Shown: in pieces, positions 45,401 to 55,900 of the stretch
Layout of the letters: each line of letters opens with the position of its first letter
How positions within the stretch are numbered: position 1 is the first letter of the stretch
Origin: a virus
Length of the DNA: 64,000 nt
Direction: 5' to 3' (one strand)
Virus record (IMG/VR): IMGVR_UViG_3300042891_002337
Coordinates: 11,599-75,598 of that record
Translations under genes and position numbers: made by a program
The notes under the pieces: model-generated
What the model was told of the DNA's origin: nothing
Seen by the model: the letters and a program-made list of their open reading frames with translations, nothing else
Database searches by the model: none

Positions 45401-47942
45401 GCCTCTCAAGAAGGGACTTTGTGGGTGCGACCGGACCGGCGGCGGCAGCTGTCGTGCCTTCAACTTTTTGTGCCTGTGCTGCGATTCCTGCCTGCGGTGA
45501 GGGCGCAGTTGGGACAGATCCGGCCGCCGCAGCCTGCGTGTTCTTCTTGAAGACATTCAGGAGACCGCGGCGCATCTTCAGGTCCATAAATTGCATCAGC
45601 TTTTCCATGCCAGCTGTAACAGCGGCGGATGCCATTGCTGATGCAATTCCAAGGACAATTCCCTGGATGAAGATCATTCCAAAGTAGATCGCCATCGCCT
45701 TGTAGAGGTATGGCTTTATTGCCTCAAATGCAAGTTCCAGCAGGCGGACCAGGGCCTCCTTGAGCTTGGGCCAGTTCTTCTCAATCACCTCACCGAGCTT
45801 TATGAAGGCATTCTTGAACGCAGCGCCAATGCCAGTCTCAGTAGCATCAGATATGAGTGTGTTTGTTGAGTCGCCTGATATGAAGTCGGCAAGGGCATTG
45901 AGGACCTCAGTGAGTTTCTCCATCAGGAAGCTTGTCGCACCGACCAGGGCATTTCCCATGTAACCGACGAGTGTTTCAACTGCAGACATTATTCCGCTGG
46001 TTGCCGCCGGATTGTTGAACATGCCCTTGAACCAGTCTATGAAAGAATCAAAGAACTTTGAGAAGGCCTTCTCGGCAGTAGCAGGATTCTTCAGGTCCTT
46101 GAAGAGGTTCTGGAATATCTCTACGAGCTTGTTTCCCTGCAGCTCAAACTTGGCCGGGTCGAATATGTCTGCTATCCCTCCAAAGATCTGTTCGATCTCC
46201 GGAAAGGTCTTGAGGAAGAAATCGCCTACCTTTACGCCGATGTCGTAGAACTTTTGCATTGCAAGCGCAATGTTCTCTGACATCTTCTTCATGGCCTTGG
46301 ATTCTGATATTGCCTTCTTGAATCCGCTGGTGAATGCATCTATGAAAGATGTGAACTCCTTCTTCGCTTCGTTGGCGCCTCCGCCGCCACCACTCTCACC
46401 TGGAAGCTTCTTGATGTTAGTAGCGAGAGCCTGCAGCAGCTTTGACTGAGTCATTAGCTGGCGGTTGGTCTCAGATGCGGCATCTGCTGCAGCTGATTCA
46501 GCATCTCCAAGCTTCATTCCCTTGCCGGCCTGTCCCAGTGCCTGCTTGAGGTTGTCACCGAGACCTGTAGTCTGTGCAAGGTAATTGATCTGCTGTCTGC
46601 TCAGGCCGTCAAGCGACTTTCCACTCTTTGCGAAGGCATCACGCAGCATATCAATCTGCTCAGCAGGATTCTGCGTCTTCATCATCTTCATTGAGTCGAT
46701 CTGGATTCCGAATGCCTGTGACAACTTTGCCGAGGCCTGCGCTCCTGACTCAAAGTCGTCAAAGACGCCCATGACTCCCTCAAGAGCCTTCATCTCGAGA
46801 CCGAGTTTCCTAACGTAGACTGAGACTGCGCCCATCGCCTTGCTGCTCATGTTTCCGAACTTTGTGTAGTTCGCGCTCATGTATGCAAGGTCTTTGCTTA
46901 TCAGCTTTGAACTGATCCCAAACTTCTTGCCGAGAGTCTCAGACATCCTTGCCGTGTCTTCAAGGACTTCAGTGAGGCTCTTGCCGGATGCGTATGCCTC
47001 CTGTGCAAAGGACTGCATTTCCTCGTTTGAGAGACCGAGTCCTTTCTGGAATATTGTGAGCTTAGTTGCTGACGTCTTGAGCTCATCACCAAAGACGTAC
47101 ACCATGGGGCCAAGCCCCTCATACATCTCCTGCATTGCCTTGAGGGCATCTGCCTGTTTGCCAAACACACCGGCAAGAGTGAGACCGGTTCCGGCAAGGT
47201 TCTTTTGCTCGGACTCGATTTGATTGTACATGTCGACAACAAGTTTTCCTTCTCCTGTCGCAATGTCACCGAGCTTATCCCTGACTTCCTCTAGTGCAAG
47301 TGCGAAGGAATTGTCACCTCCGCCTCCTCCACTACTCTTGGCTGAAAGAAGCTTGTTTCCTTCCTCTGCTGCAAGTCCCAATAGTTGGAAGGGTATTGCA
47401 AGCACTGCCTTTCCAATATTGAAAAGTCCGCCTACAAGTGTTCCGACGCCACTTATGAGTGAGGCGACCCTCGCATTCGCAGCCGTGAATGCACCTGATA
47501 CGTTCTCACCTGCCTGCCGAGCAGCATTCGACGCCATATTGAGGGCGTCTGTTATCTCAAATATGCCAAATGACGCTTCCTGGAACTCCAGTTCCCTGGC
47601 AAACCTCTCAAGAGCAGTTCCGGCCTCGTCGAACTCTGAGACGAGGTTTCTTACGCTCTTTTGAATTTTGCTGTTGTTATTGACAGCCTTTTGAGCAGCA
47701 ATGTCATTTTGAGCAGCAATGTCACGTGTTCCATTCACTGACTGCTCAGCAGAGGCAGCCATGGACCTCTTCATCTGACCAGCCTGCTCAGTGGCAGTGT
47801 TCATGTTCTTGGACACACGATTCAGAGCATCTGCCATAGTCCTGGTCGAAGATGCTATCTCGGTCCACAGCGCAGACTGCTGTGCAAGAAGGTCGTTTGT
47901 CTCTCTTACGCTAGCAGACGATGGGTCGGATGGAGGAGGCAT
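42414..47942 (-). CDS. tail tape measure protein
   Basis: 1842 aa, helical and A/G-rich with many hydrophobic segments; follows the tube and chaperone genes. Confidence 0.85.
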   Translation of the reverse strand: MPPPSDPSSASVRETNDLLAQQSALWTEIASSTRTMADALNRVSKNMNTATEQAGQMKRSMAASAEQSVNGTRDIAAQNDIAAQKAVNNNSKIQKSVRNLVSEFDEAGTALERFARELEFQEASFGIFEITDALNMASNAARQAGENVSGAFTAANARVASLISGVGTLVGGLFNIGKAVLAIPFQLLGLAAEEGNKLLSAKSSGGGGGDNSFALALEEVRDKLGDIATGEGKLVVDMYNQIESEQKNLAGTGLTLAGVFGKQADALKAMQEMYEGLGPMVYVFGDELKTSATKLTIFQKGLGLSNEEMQSFAQEAYASGKSLTEVLEDTARMSETLGKKFGISSKLISKDLAYMSANYTKFGNMSSKAMGAVSVYVRKLGLEMKALEGVMGVFDDFESGAQASAKLSQAFGIQIDSMKMMKTQNPAEQIDMLRDAFAKSGKSLDGLSRQQINYLAQTTGLGDNLKQALGQAGKGMKLGDAESAAADAASETNRQLMTQSKLLQALATNIKKLPGESGGGGGANEAKKEFTSFIDAFTSGFKKAISESKAMKKMSENIALAMQKFYDIGVKVGDFFLKTFPEIEQIFGGIADIFDPAKFELQGNKLVEIFQNLFKDLKNPATAEKAFSKFFDSFIDWFKGMFNNPAATSGIMSAVETLVGYMGNALVGATSFLMEKLTEVLNALADFISGDSTNTLISDATETGIGAAFKNAFIKLGEVIEKNWPKLKEALVRLLELAFEAIKPYLYKAMAIYFGMIFIQGIVLGIASAMASAAVTAGMEKLMQFMDLKMRRGLLNVFKKNTQAAAAGSVPTAPSPQAGIAAQAQKVEGTTAAAAGPVAPTKSLLERLIDLKPDDIKKAGQNLWAIVRHLIPPLIGFLAALFVVGKVILTVGIAPIIVGLLALGGAILAIAGISMVANTLPTKGQSLKTAEKIKGTYPILTAAAGLMAIMAGIGAILALVPGGVAAVALGLGMVVATVLGITAISYAAGFLPTPAKGMKSAMSLGITGLAILTASSILMAAMGGLVILFESFGLDPMKITLLSLAMLVTIGSLMAIAGLGYLLSTVVTPAIAGQIAIGLMVGSVVILAALAVLALGLKAFMAIAPTPEEAWKGASTIGAMTLIIAAMAAMVALALGIGFLLVNPATLYMIGAGIIGLATMMIGVIPIMANMLEEINKAPFDPGTTFKKVQVLEKVFGLLDPLFEIVKMTIARSDGWFTTDEEDAQTLKTQLDSIAGFFQTILFSLAVSIRTIFDAASRIPSYTESDFKRAELVAAMLDPISNLITSLTSGISSFSGSAEERSSLGVTTKVGVTAASQLDALKDFLLGPNKNGIFYAVIDTLPLIMETIDKMTAAMSEKQIKSMSAKAEMVGKMVGAIGDLAGAFGSIAQAAAALGKTTQKGESGKANFAMLTGATLESSKYENTFVDMDKVITFMGEGGPFQIVFDKLKNMLPGLMEKFNEINITGDPKTVKDKAEGVGAAISTIVTAIQNMLALFPEGDDFVKLKADFLIKSNAVKKVIEELLPVVKGMADMFLSISIPGTAEEIKQRVTNVGSVMTMIWEQVTRLTGVMNSITETTKGIGEAAVTEANTASFESKAGAVTRVINVLSGAIVQIVSAFNMIPSPTATVGTIEEKITAIENVTTSMMIGVERLLNAFTTSFFERSLESRASELMNMRGTVGNYINAAAANLNIVLTAFNSLPTFTTEKFAGIEAGFQALSNLGLYLDGIQGSIDTMREISSDSYTELILKTVDQINMIDEQLAGIENINMNARIEKIGKLLAISPEKLTIDNKPININVQINLTMDAADLSLVLGQVKTRQEQSAPPGTPGVGPKQTGPRPM

Positions 47943-47985
47943 GATTCCTTGCCGCGTTACAATTAATTAGTTTTGCAGCAAAAAG

Positions 47986-48225
47986 TCACAGGCTCCAAGT
48001 GTCACCTGTGAACTTCTTCCAACGTGTGGATGCATCCTTCTTTTTCTGAATTGCGTTTGCAATTTCAGTCTCAGATGATTCCCTGCGTAGGCATTCCAGT
48101 AACTCACGTGATGCCTGAGTCACTTCGTATAGTGTTGCCAATAGTAATGGATTGCCAACAACTTGAAGTTCCTGGGTGTTTCCGAGGATGTAGTTTGCGA
48201 GGTTTGAACGAAGCTTTCTGTCCAT
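47986..48225 (-). CDS. hypothetical late protein
   Basis: ATAGTTA 5 nt before ATG 48225. Confidence 0.6.
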   Translation of the reverse strand: MDRKLRSNLANYILGNTQELQVVGNPLLLATLYEVTQASRELLECLRRESSETEIANAIQKKKDASTRWKKFTGDTWSL

Positions 48226-48251
48226 GTCGATAACTATCACCTCGGAAAGTC

Positions 48252-48519
48252 TTATGTGAATCTCCTGAGCTTAGATGGGACTTGAGCTCGAGCCCTTCCC
48301 ATCATTGAACGCGCTTCGGCGCTATTGTCATGGGCAGCTCGAGACTGACCGTCTCCCTTTTCATTCGCCTTCTTGAGCTCCTCCTGGACCCGGTTGATGA
48401 ACCAGATCCTGTACTGTATGGGAATATTGTACGCTTCAACGTACGTAAATCCCATGTAGTACATTAGGAGGAATGTGTGCTCAAGGTGGATTGTTCGATC
48501 ACTCGGTTCCAGGCCAAAA
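48252..48519 (-). CDS. tail-assembly chaperone C-terminal extension (probable +1 frameshift product)
   Basis: open frame overlapping the chaperone end with no clear RBS; F.LMYY.GFTY.EAY.IPI..R.WFI.R. Confidence 0.7.
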
Positions 48520-49353
48520 GAAGCCGGCACCCATGGGCATCCTTATCTCCGTAGACTCGGAGCAAGAAGGACAGTCCATGAAGACCTTCATGTCAACACC
48601 CGGCTCATTCTTATCAATGAAGTTCCTGAGTGCAAGTGAGTCCCTTGCAGGCATGTTCCTGATGAAGTTTGAGATCAGAGCCTTATCCGTCTTACCATCA
48701 ACCGAAACCACGGCAAACTGAAGCCTGGTGGTCACCAGAGAGTCAGACAGAGACCCTGTCTTCTTCTTCCTCTCCTGAATCTGCATGATCTCTTCCTCAT
48801 CGACTCCAGTAAGGAACTTGAACTTTACTACCTTCTTGGTGACAGGAAGCAAGAACTCAAACACATTCTCACCGAGAGAAACCGGATCAATCTCAAGTGG
48901 CTTGACAGGTAGTGAGGAGAGATCGAAGGTCTGCTTTGACTTTGTGTTACAAGTTGGACACTCTGCCTCGGCAACGTAATCAGATCCATAACCTGTGATT
49001 CTTAGGGCAACCATCACTGCGTTCCTGTCACCGGTCAACATTTCGCTCACATTGACCCTTCTATCAACGATGCAGGACTGTAGGAGGTGTGTGATGACCG
49101 TGCCTTTCTTGATGAGGGCACGTGACGTGAGAATGTCCTCCTCGCGAGCTGTCATTGCTCGAATATCGAGTGTGTGTGCCTTGTGAAGGGGACTTGACTC
49201 AGGATAGACAACACCCTGTGATGGGAGGGGCACGCTCTCAAGTGGCACCTCGAAACCGAAGTCATCCTTCATTACGTCACGAACCTGAACTCCCGGAGGC
49301 GGAGAGCCACCAAGGTTTGATGAACCGAATACCTGACTTCTGTCGCTAGACAA
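48499..49353 (-). CDS. tail-assembly chaperone / baseplate hub assembly protein (T4 gp26-like, two CxxC pairs)
   Basis: LPS.G..Y, MTAREEDIL, GDR.A....R...YG..Y, CPTC, CPSC, FFWP end; TTG start with AGGAGG. Confidence 0.85.
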   Translation of the reverse strand: MSSDRSQVFGSSNLGGSPPPGVQVRDVMKDDFGFEVPLESVPLPSQGVVYPESSPLHKAHTLDIRAMTAREEDILTSRALIKKGTVITHLLQSCIVDRRVNVSEMLTGDRNAVMVALRITGYGSDYVAEAECPTCNTKSKQTFDLSSLPVKPLEIDPVSLGENVFEFLLPVTKKVVKFKFLTGVDEEEIMQIQERKKKTGSLSDSLVTTRLQFAVVSVDGKTDKALISNFIRNMPARDSLALRNFIDKNEPGVDMKVFMDCPSCSESTEIRMPMGAGFFWPGTE

Positions 49354-49410
49354 TCTTTCCTCCTAAACTTGTCTGTTGATCAATTGTCATAGAACTGGCT
49401 AGAAGTAAAC

Positions 49411-49445
49411 AAAAAAGAAGCCGGAGGGGACGAAGCCCCTCCGGC
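49411..49445 (-). terminator. rho-independent terminator after the tail tube gene
   Basis: GCCGGAGGGG-cttcgt-CCCCTCCGGC followed by TTCTTTTTT. Confidence 0.9.
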
Positions 49446-49464
49446 CATAGGGAACCGAAACCTT

Positions 49465-49953
49465 TCAGTACTGGAGGACGCAGTTATCGAACTGCAGCGT
49501 CAGAGCGATCTCAGTAGGATCCTCAGCAGAGTAGTCAAGGTCGTTGAACTGAGCTGATGTAATCTGGGCGCCCTTGATGTCCCAAAGCTCGACAACTGTT
49601 CCGACAGGATCAAGCATCTTCAGCTGAATGTCACGCTTGTAGAAGTCAGCATAGCCTGCGCGGCCTGATACTGACTCGTAGTGAGTACGAACCCATTCCA
49701 TAACCTGCTGCGCGCCTGATGGTGCGATGGGGTCGTAGAGGGTGACGTTCATTGTGCTGAACTTCGCCTTGCCTGCAACGTAACGGACTGTGTTGATCCA
49801 GTGGATCTCCTGTGAGGAGATGTCCATCTGTGGCCTGGCGGTTGTCTTCACCAGGAATGAGTCAATTCCCTCAATGGCTAGAACCCATCTAAACTTGCGC
49901 TTGGGCTCGAACCTATTGGGCAACATATCAGTGACTGATAGTGTTTCGGCCAT
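49465..49953 (-). CDS. tail tube protein (gp19-like)
   Basis: FEPKRKFRW, TLYDPIAPSGAQQVMEW, YKRDIQLKMLDP.G..VE.W.I.GA. Confidence 0.92.
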   Translation of the reverse strand: MAETLSVTDMLPNRFEPKRKFRWVLAIEGIDSFLVKTTARPQMDISSQEIHWINTVRYVAGKAKFSTMNVTLYDPIAPSGAQQVMEWVRTHYESVSGRAGYADFYKRDIQLKMLDPVGTVVELWDIKGAQITSAQFNDLDYSAEDPTEIALTLQFDNCVLQY

Positions 49954-49994
49954 TTCTTTACTCCTTGTTCCCTATGTATTCATCTCAAAGGTTT

Positions 49995-52946
49995 TCAGAT
50001 CTGTGCGCCTTGGTTGGTTACAACAAAGTCGAGGTTGATGAACTCTAGTGACCTGGTCGGCTGGAGGTAGATCTGTCCACGAATTGTATTGTTCTCAACA
50101 TCGGCCTGTGTTGTGGTCGAGGTGTCGATCTTCACCTTGAACCTCTCTACACCCTGCTGTGCCTGAATCTGCTTCAGGATTGGGTCGACCAGAGAAGTGA
50201 ACCTTGCGAGGGTTGACTCCCTGTTCGGCTCAAACAGGATGAGGTTTGCTACATTACGCACCCTGCGACGGATTTCGATCAGAAGGCGCCTGACGTTGAC
50301 TCGGTCGAGTGCAGATGCCCTTGCGAGGAGTGTCTTCTGTCCATAGACAAGAGGACCTGACTCACCCGGGAATGCAACAATTGGGTTGATGCTGTTTACG
50401 TAGAGTGTGTCCATGTTCTCACGGCTCAGCTTCACCTGAATCTCGGACACTGATGAGAGTGCGCCGCGTGTGAATCCTGCAGGAGCGTACCATGGGTATG
50501 CAAGAGAATCGTTGAGTCCGAATGCACCGAGGACCGCAACCGACGGAGGAACCACAACGTTTGTCCTGCTATTGGGATCAGTCATCACAACGTCTGGGTA
50601 GTACACAGCTGCGAACGATGAGTCAAGTCTCCTGTTTCTCAGAGCGTTGGCAGTGAGTGAGACGCTTGGGACCGAATTGCTTCCTGTCACGACAAGGTCA
50701 TCAACATCCCTTTCCTCAATGTCGGCGATGTAAAGAGCGTCGAATCTGCCCTCTACAGCATCGATTGCGTAATCAACAACGCCAGGATTCCTGATTCCAG
50801 GAATTGCAAGCAGCTGGAGGTCAACGTCTGACTTCTCGGCAAGGATGTCAATCGCCTTACGGTATGCAGCCACAGTGGGACCTGCAGGACCGAACTGGGT
50901 CGTGGCATAATCCATCTCCCTCTTCACGGCCACTGTGGAGAGCGCAGACTTCTCCCTGTCGAAGATGTTGACTCCGTCGAAGCCGCCCTGAACTATTGTA
51001 GTGAACTTCAGGTAAGACCTTGCCTTCAGGTCTCCAAAGTCTCCCTTTGCGACATCAACAAGCCTGTAGCCAGCATCAGCAACACCTGTTCTCTTGTAGG
51101 ATGCGCTGGTCCAAAGGTTCACATCAGGAAGGAGTGTGTTGGAGTTCTGGATGACCTGGACGTTTTCAAGCGTGAACCTATTCTTTGTGAAGCGGTCAGC
51201 GTCATAAACGGTTCCATTGGCATCAAGAGTTCCCTCATTGTTTCCAACCCAAGGATTCTGGAAGTCAGTGTGGAAGTTGGGGAAGTATTTCGTCATTGCG
51301 ATGGCTGTGTCTGAGATTCCTGTGCCGTTGTTTACCTCGGCAGCAGATTCCACAGGCTCAGTCTGGAATCCCCAGTGGAGTGACGACAGGATTGTCTTTG
51401 AATTTCCTGTTCCGGTCGTGATGTTCAACCTGTACGGTGCAGGGGGCTGAATCAGTCCGTCAGCAGCGTTTGTTGCGACTGCTGATGTGAGAGAGCTTCC
51501 TGATGTGACCAGGTGGTAGTATCCTCTGAATCCGACAGGAAGTGAGGATGCAGGAACTTCCTGATTTGAAACGTTGTCATCAATCTCAACACGGATGTAA
51601 TTCGAAAGGTTCGGGTAGTTGCCCTCTATTGTGAGCTTCTGTGCACCTTCAGTACGATCGAAGTCGTAGAATGTGTTGAGGTCTCCGATTATCTTTCCAA
51701 TGTACCTTGTGTCTACAGGATTGAGAGACAACCTGTTGAAGCTCTCAAGGACAACCTTGTTCGCATCAGTGTCACTGAATTCCCTGACGCTAAGAGTGAA
51801 TGTTCCGTACTCAGATGTTGGATCGGTGGAAGGTGTGATGTCAGATATGCTGACCTTGACCTTGGTGTTTGCATAGGCGCCGTCGTCCCTACAGTGAACC
51901 CTAAAGAGGTTGTAGACAGTTCCTCCAAATTTCTGTGAGGTGATGAACGGAGTGAATGCTGTCTTAAACCTGTCCTCGAAGTTATCGAAGTTAGGAACGA
52001 CGGTTGTTCCACTGTTGTGAGTCACGCTCTTCGCTAGAATGACAGCCTCTTCAAGGCCGATTCCATTTGGGCCCACCTGGCCGGGAATGGGAAGGTCTGA
52101 ACCTGTGACCCTGGCAATCGATGGGTGGAAGTCGTATGAAGCATACAGATAGTGACCAGCCTGCTCAATAAGCTTTGGATCAGTGTTGAAGACACTGGCA
52201 AAGTAGTTGTTTGCAGTTGGATCAAAGCTTGCTGTGATGAAGTTGTTGTATGCTGCTGTTGACTTGTGACCTGAGAGGAACAGAACGAATGTCTGAGTTC
52301 CGCCAGCCACGTTGACGGTTCCCGTTACGTGTCCGATGATAGCAGGTGATGGAGTCACTGATGCAAGGTTGTTGTTGACACCGTTGGAGCTTGAAAGAGA
52401 AAGTGCAACGCCTGTCGGTGCCATTATGATTCCCCTGACTATGGGGACTGGCACCTTGCTTGTTTGCATTCCTGCACTCGAGAACACAGTTGAACCTGCA
52501 CTCTCGGACATGAAAGCTCCAAGGAAGTATGTGCCTCCTGTGTGAACGCTCTCAGCTACGGTGTAGGGATTTGCTCCAAGGTTTCCATTCGACTGTGGAA
52601 GCTGCGAGCCCACAACGAATCCTGCATTGTTCACCTTTCCAGTGTTCAGGCCAGAATTCGTCCTCTTCTTGCCGTCACCAATTCCAAGAACCTTGACATA
52701 GACGCCGGCTCTCTGGGTTGAGAGCCACTGCGCCATTGCAAGAGGACCAAACTTCTCTCCGTCGGTCGAGCCGAAAGTAGAAGCAAAACTCTGGAATGAC
52801 CCAACAAGAACGGGTACAAATGCGGGTCCACGAAGAGATGTTCCAATTACGCCAGCAGGCACGCCGCTTGGAGCTGCGACTGCTGGTGCCGAGAGATCAA
52901 TCTCTCTGGTTGATACTCCAGGGCTTAGTGACGTTGTTTCAGCCAT
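49995..52946 (-). CDS. contractile tail sheath protein (copy B)
   Basis: SPGVSTREID, GPAFVP, PWYAPAGFTRG, INPI, GQKTL, LDRVNVRRLL. Confidence 0.95.
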   Translation of the reverse strand: MAETTSLSPGVSTREIDLSAPAVAAPSGVPAGVIGTSLRGPAFVPVLVGSFQSFASTFGSTDGEKFGPLAMAQWLSTQRAGVYVKVLGIGDGKKRTNSGLNTGKVNNAGFVVGSQLPQSNGNLGANPYTVAESVHTGGTYFLGAFMSESAGSTVFSSAGMQTSKVPVPIVRGIIMAPTGVALSLSSSNGVNNNLASVTPSPAIIGHVTGTVNVAGGTQTFVLFLSGHKSTAAYNNFITASFDPTANNYFASVFNTDPKLIEQAGHYLYASYDFHPSIARVTGSDLPIPGQVGPNGIGLEEAVILAKSVTHNSGTTVVPNFDNFEDRFKTAFTPFITSQKFGGTVYNLFRVHCRDDGAYANTKVKVSISDITPSTDPTSEYGTFTLSVREFSDTDANKVVLESFNRLSLNPVDTRYIGKIIGDLNTFYDFDRTEGAQKLTIEGNYPNLSNYIRVEIDDNVSNQEVPASSLPVGFRGYYHLVTSGSSLTSAVATNAADGLIQPPAPYRLNITTGTGNSKTILSSLHWGFQTEPVESAAEVNNGTGISDTAIAMTKYFPNFHTDFQNPWVGNNEGTLDANGTVYDADRFTKNRFTLENVQVIQNSNTLLPDVNLWTSASYKRTGVADAGYRLVDVAKGDFGDLKARSYLKFTTIVQGGFDGVNIFDREKSALSTVAVKREMDYATTQFGPAGPTVAAYRKAIDILAEKSDVDLQLLAIPGIRNPGVVDYAIDAVEGRFDALYIADIEERDVDDLVVTGSNSVPSVSLTANALRNRRLDSSFAAVYYPDVVMTDPNSRTNVVVPPSVAVLGAFGLNDSLAYPWYAPAGFTRGALSSVSEIQVKLSRENMDTLYVNSINPIVAFPGESGPLVYGQKTLLARASALDRVNVRRLLIEIRRRVRNVANLILFEPNRESTLARFTSLVDPILKQIQAQQGVERFKVKIDTSTTTQADVENNTIRGQIYLQPTRSLEFINLDFVVTNQGAQI

Positions 52947-52973
52947 TAGGTTGACTCCATTCTCAGTTATCTA

Positions 52974-55900
52974 TTACGGGAACTGGACGCCTGCGGGCGT
53001 TATCACGAAATCGATCGCAATAAATTCAACCGTCTTGGTTGGAACTATCACGATTCTTCCGTTCATGCGATTCGCCTCGACATCAGCGTCCGTATTGTTT
53101 GTTGCATCGCACACAACCCTGAACCTTTCAATACCGGCCTGTGCCTGAATCAGTGCAAGCTGTGGTGAGACTCCTGAAACAAACCGCGCCCTTGTCACGG
53201 AATTGTTCTGCTCAAAGATGAGTGAATTTGCGATGGAGCGAACCACCCTCTTGACCTCGAGAAGAAGCCTGCGAACATTCACTCTATTGAGTGCTGTAGT
53301 TGCAAGCTGTAGGGTCTTCTGGCCGAAGATTACGAAACCTCCTTGTGGGAAGGTTGCGATTGGGTTGATCCTTGCGTCGTACAGTGTGTCTCTGTCAGAC
53401 TGATTCAATCTCACTGAGACATTGTTGACGAAGTCAAGGGCTGCCCTGTTGAAACCTGCCGGTGCAAACCAGGGGTAGGAAACCTTGTCATTGAAGGATA
53501 TTGCTCCAAGTGCGGCAACCGATGCAGGTACCTTGACCCTTCTTCCAATGACATCATCCTGAACGAATACGTCTGGGAAGTAGGATGCAACGTAGTTGTT
53601 ATCAACCCCCTGGCCAGTGAATGTCTCAGACGTGTTCCTTACATTTGTGCGAACCGTTGAGTCAATCCAGAGTCTGCTTGATGAGTCGTCATACGAAGGA
53701 ATGTCGCGGATGTACATGATGTACGAATTATCCTTTGCGGCATTTCCTGCGTAGTTGGTCACAAGAGTGTCCCTGATTCCTGGGATTGCCATCACGTTGA
53801 CGTTGGTGCTGAACTCATTTGTCATGATGTCAACACCTGCTCGGTAGGCAGCGATGATGTTGTTAGAGGTTCCAATGCCAGCGGCATTTGCCTTCAAACC
53901 AGTCTCAACTGCACCAGCAGCAAGTCCGGAACCTATTGCACTGGTTGAACTCTCAACAGAAGCTGCCCTGTCAGTCATGTTCCTATTGTCTCTGTCGAGG
54001 ATGTTGAGTCCATCGAAGCCACCGTAGAATACAGTCGTGAACTTGTTGAAGGGTGTGAACCTGTTGAAGATGATCGATGAAGATGCAACCAAGGTGGCCA
54101 GTGTCACTCGGTTTGTTCCGCCGACTGAAACCCGGTAGTCATTGCCATTCGGAATTCCGTTGCGGATGTATGCAGCCTCACGCATGTGAACGTCTGAGGT
54201 TCCTGTCACGAATGTAAGTGTCTCATTCGCAAGAGCAACCCTTGCAAGAGTGAACTTATTTGCGTTGAAGGTGTCGGCTGCAGAACCAGTAACAAGGACA
54301 TCCTTCTGGAGGATTCCTTGGAACTTAGTGTAGTTCCTTATGAGCTTGTTCTCAAGAGTTCCTCCGTTCGGATTCAGGATCGCGTTGTCCTGTGAGCCCG
54401 AGTTCGGAATCTGGATGGTGGTGACTCCCCAGTAGAATCTGCTGTCAACCCTCTCATTGGGACCAGGTGCGCCGACATTAGGATCTGACTGTCCGAGCTC
54501 ACCCCTGGTGACCTTGAACCTGAAGGGAAGAGGAGGAAGGATTGAACCTGTGAGGCTGTTCTCAACACCACCGCCTGCGCTTCCTGAGAGGCGAACTGAA
54601 CCACCGAAAGTCTGTCCAGCGAATGTGAGCGTCGATGATCCGTCATTCAAGGAGTCATTGGTCTTTAGGACCGGAATTCCTCTGAATCCGAATGGAAGGG
54701 CCGTAGGAGGAACCTGACGATTCTCTACTGCAGGATTCATCACAATCCTGAAGTTGATGCTCCTGTTTGGGAACCTTCCTGAGATCACCAGGCGGCGCTC
54801 ATCGTTCTCATCAGTGTCAAAGTTGTAATAGACCTTCTTGTCACCGATCATCTTGGCAACGTAGTTGTCAGCGGTCGGGTCAAGTGTGCATCGTGCATAC
54901 TGCTCAATGAACTGGGGCTCTATGTCAGTGTCTGAGAACCTGCGAAGGACAACATCAAATGTACCATATGGACGTGAGTCATCAGTGCTTGCCTGAATGT
55001 TTGCAATCGAGACCTTGAACTGTGAATTTGAGTACTCACCGTCCGAGATTGTCTCGAAGTGGAAGAGGTCATATTCCTGACCACCGAATGGCTGTGATAT
55101 GATCGGCGTGGTCTTTGGTGTCGTGAACCTTGTGTCAAACCTTCCAAAGGTGTCGATCCATGTAGAGTTTCCAATGAAAGCGCCTACCGTTCTATCACCT
55201 GTTGCACCAACCTGAACAGGTGCTATCTCGTCCTCAATCGGGAAATCGAGGTAAAGAAGGTGCTTCTCGGTTCCAAACAGGTCAGGATCTGTATTGAGGA
55301 TCTTCGAGATGTAGTTCGTGTCGACTGGGTTGAGAGAAGCCGTAAGAATTCTAAGACCTGGCCTGCCCTCATCGTTTGCATAGGCAATTCCTGCGGATGA
55401 TGAGATGACAAGCTTGAACCTGTTTGCAAGGCCTGCTGTGTTGCTTGCTGGTCCAAGGTATGCAGTATCAACATGGTCATGTGACCAGTTTTCATCATAA
55501 CCAAGAGTCAGGATACGAGTCCCAGTTGCAGGAAGGATAACACCCCTGACCAGGTTGACCTCAGTCGCTGAGCCTTCAGCGACGTTGAAGCTTGGGTTGT
55601 CTGTAAAGATCGGAAATCCAACCTCTTCCCTCGGTCCACCAGAGGCCGAGATGTAATGCTTGGCCGTGAGGAATGTGACAGCGCCGTCCTTAACCCAGGG
55701 CCTTGGAACGCTGGCGAATGGAGCGGAAGTTATCTTGAATCCTGCATTCCTGACAGTTCCCGCTGTGCGAGTCGTGGAAATGTCGCCTGTGCTTGAGTTT
55801 GCTCCTGCGCCGAGAACCCTGATGAATGTCAGCGCCTGCTTGTGACGAAGCGCTTCCCTTACAGCGTATGTTGCTGGGCGGTTGGGGTCAGTGCCTCCGA

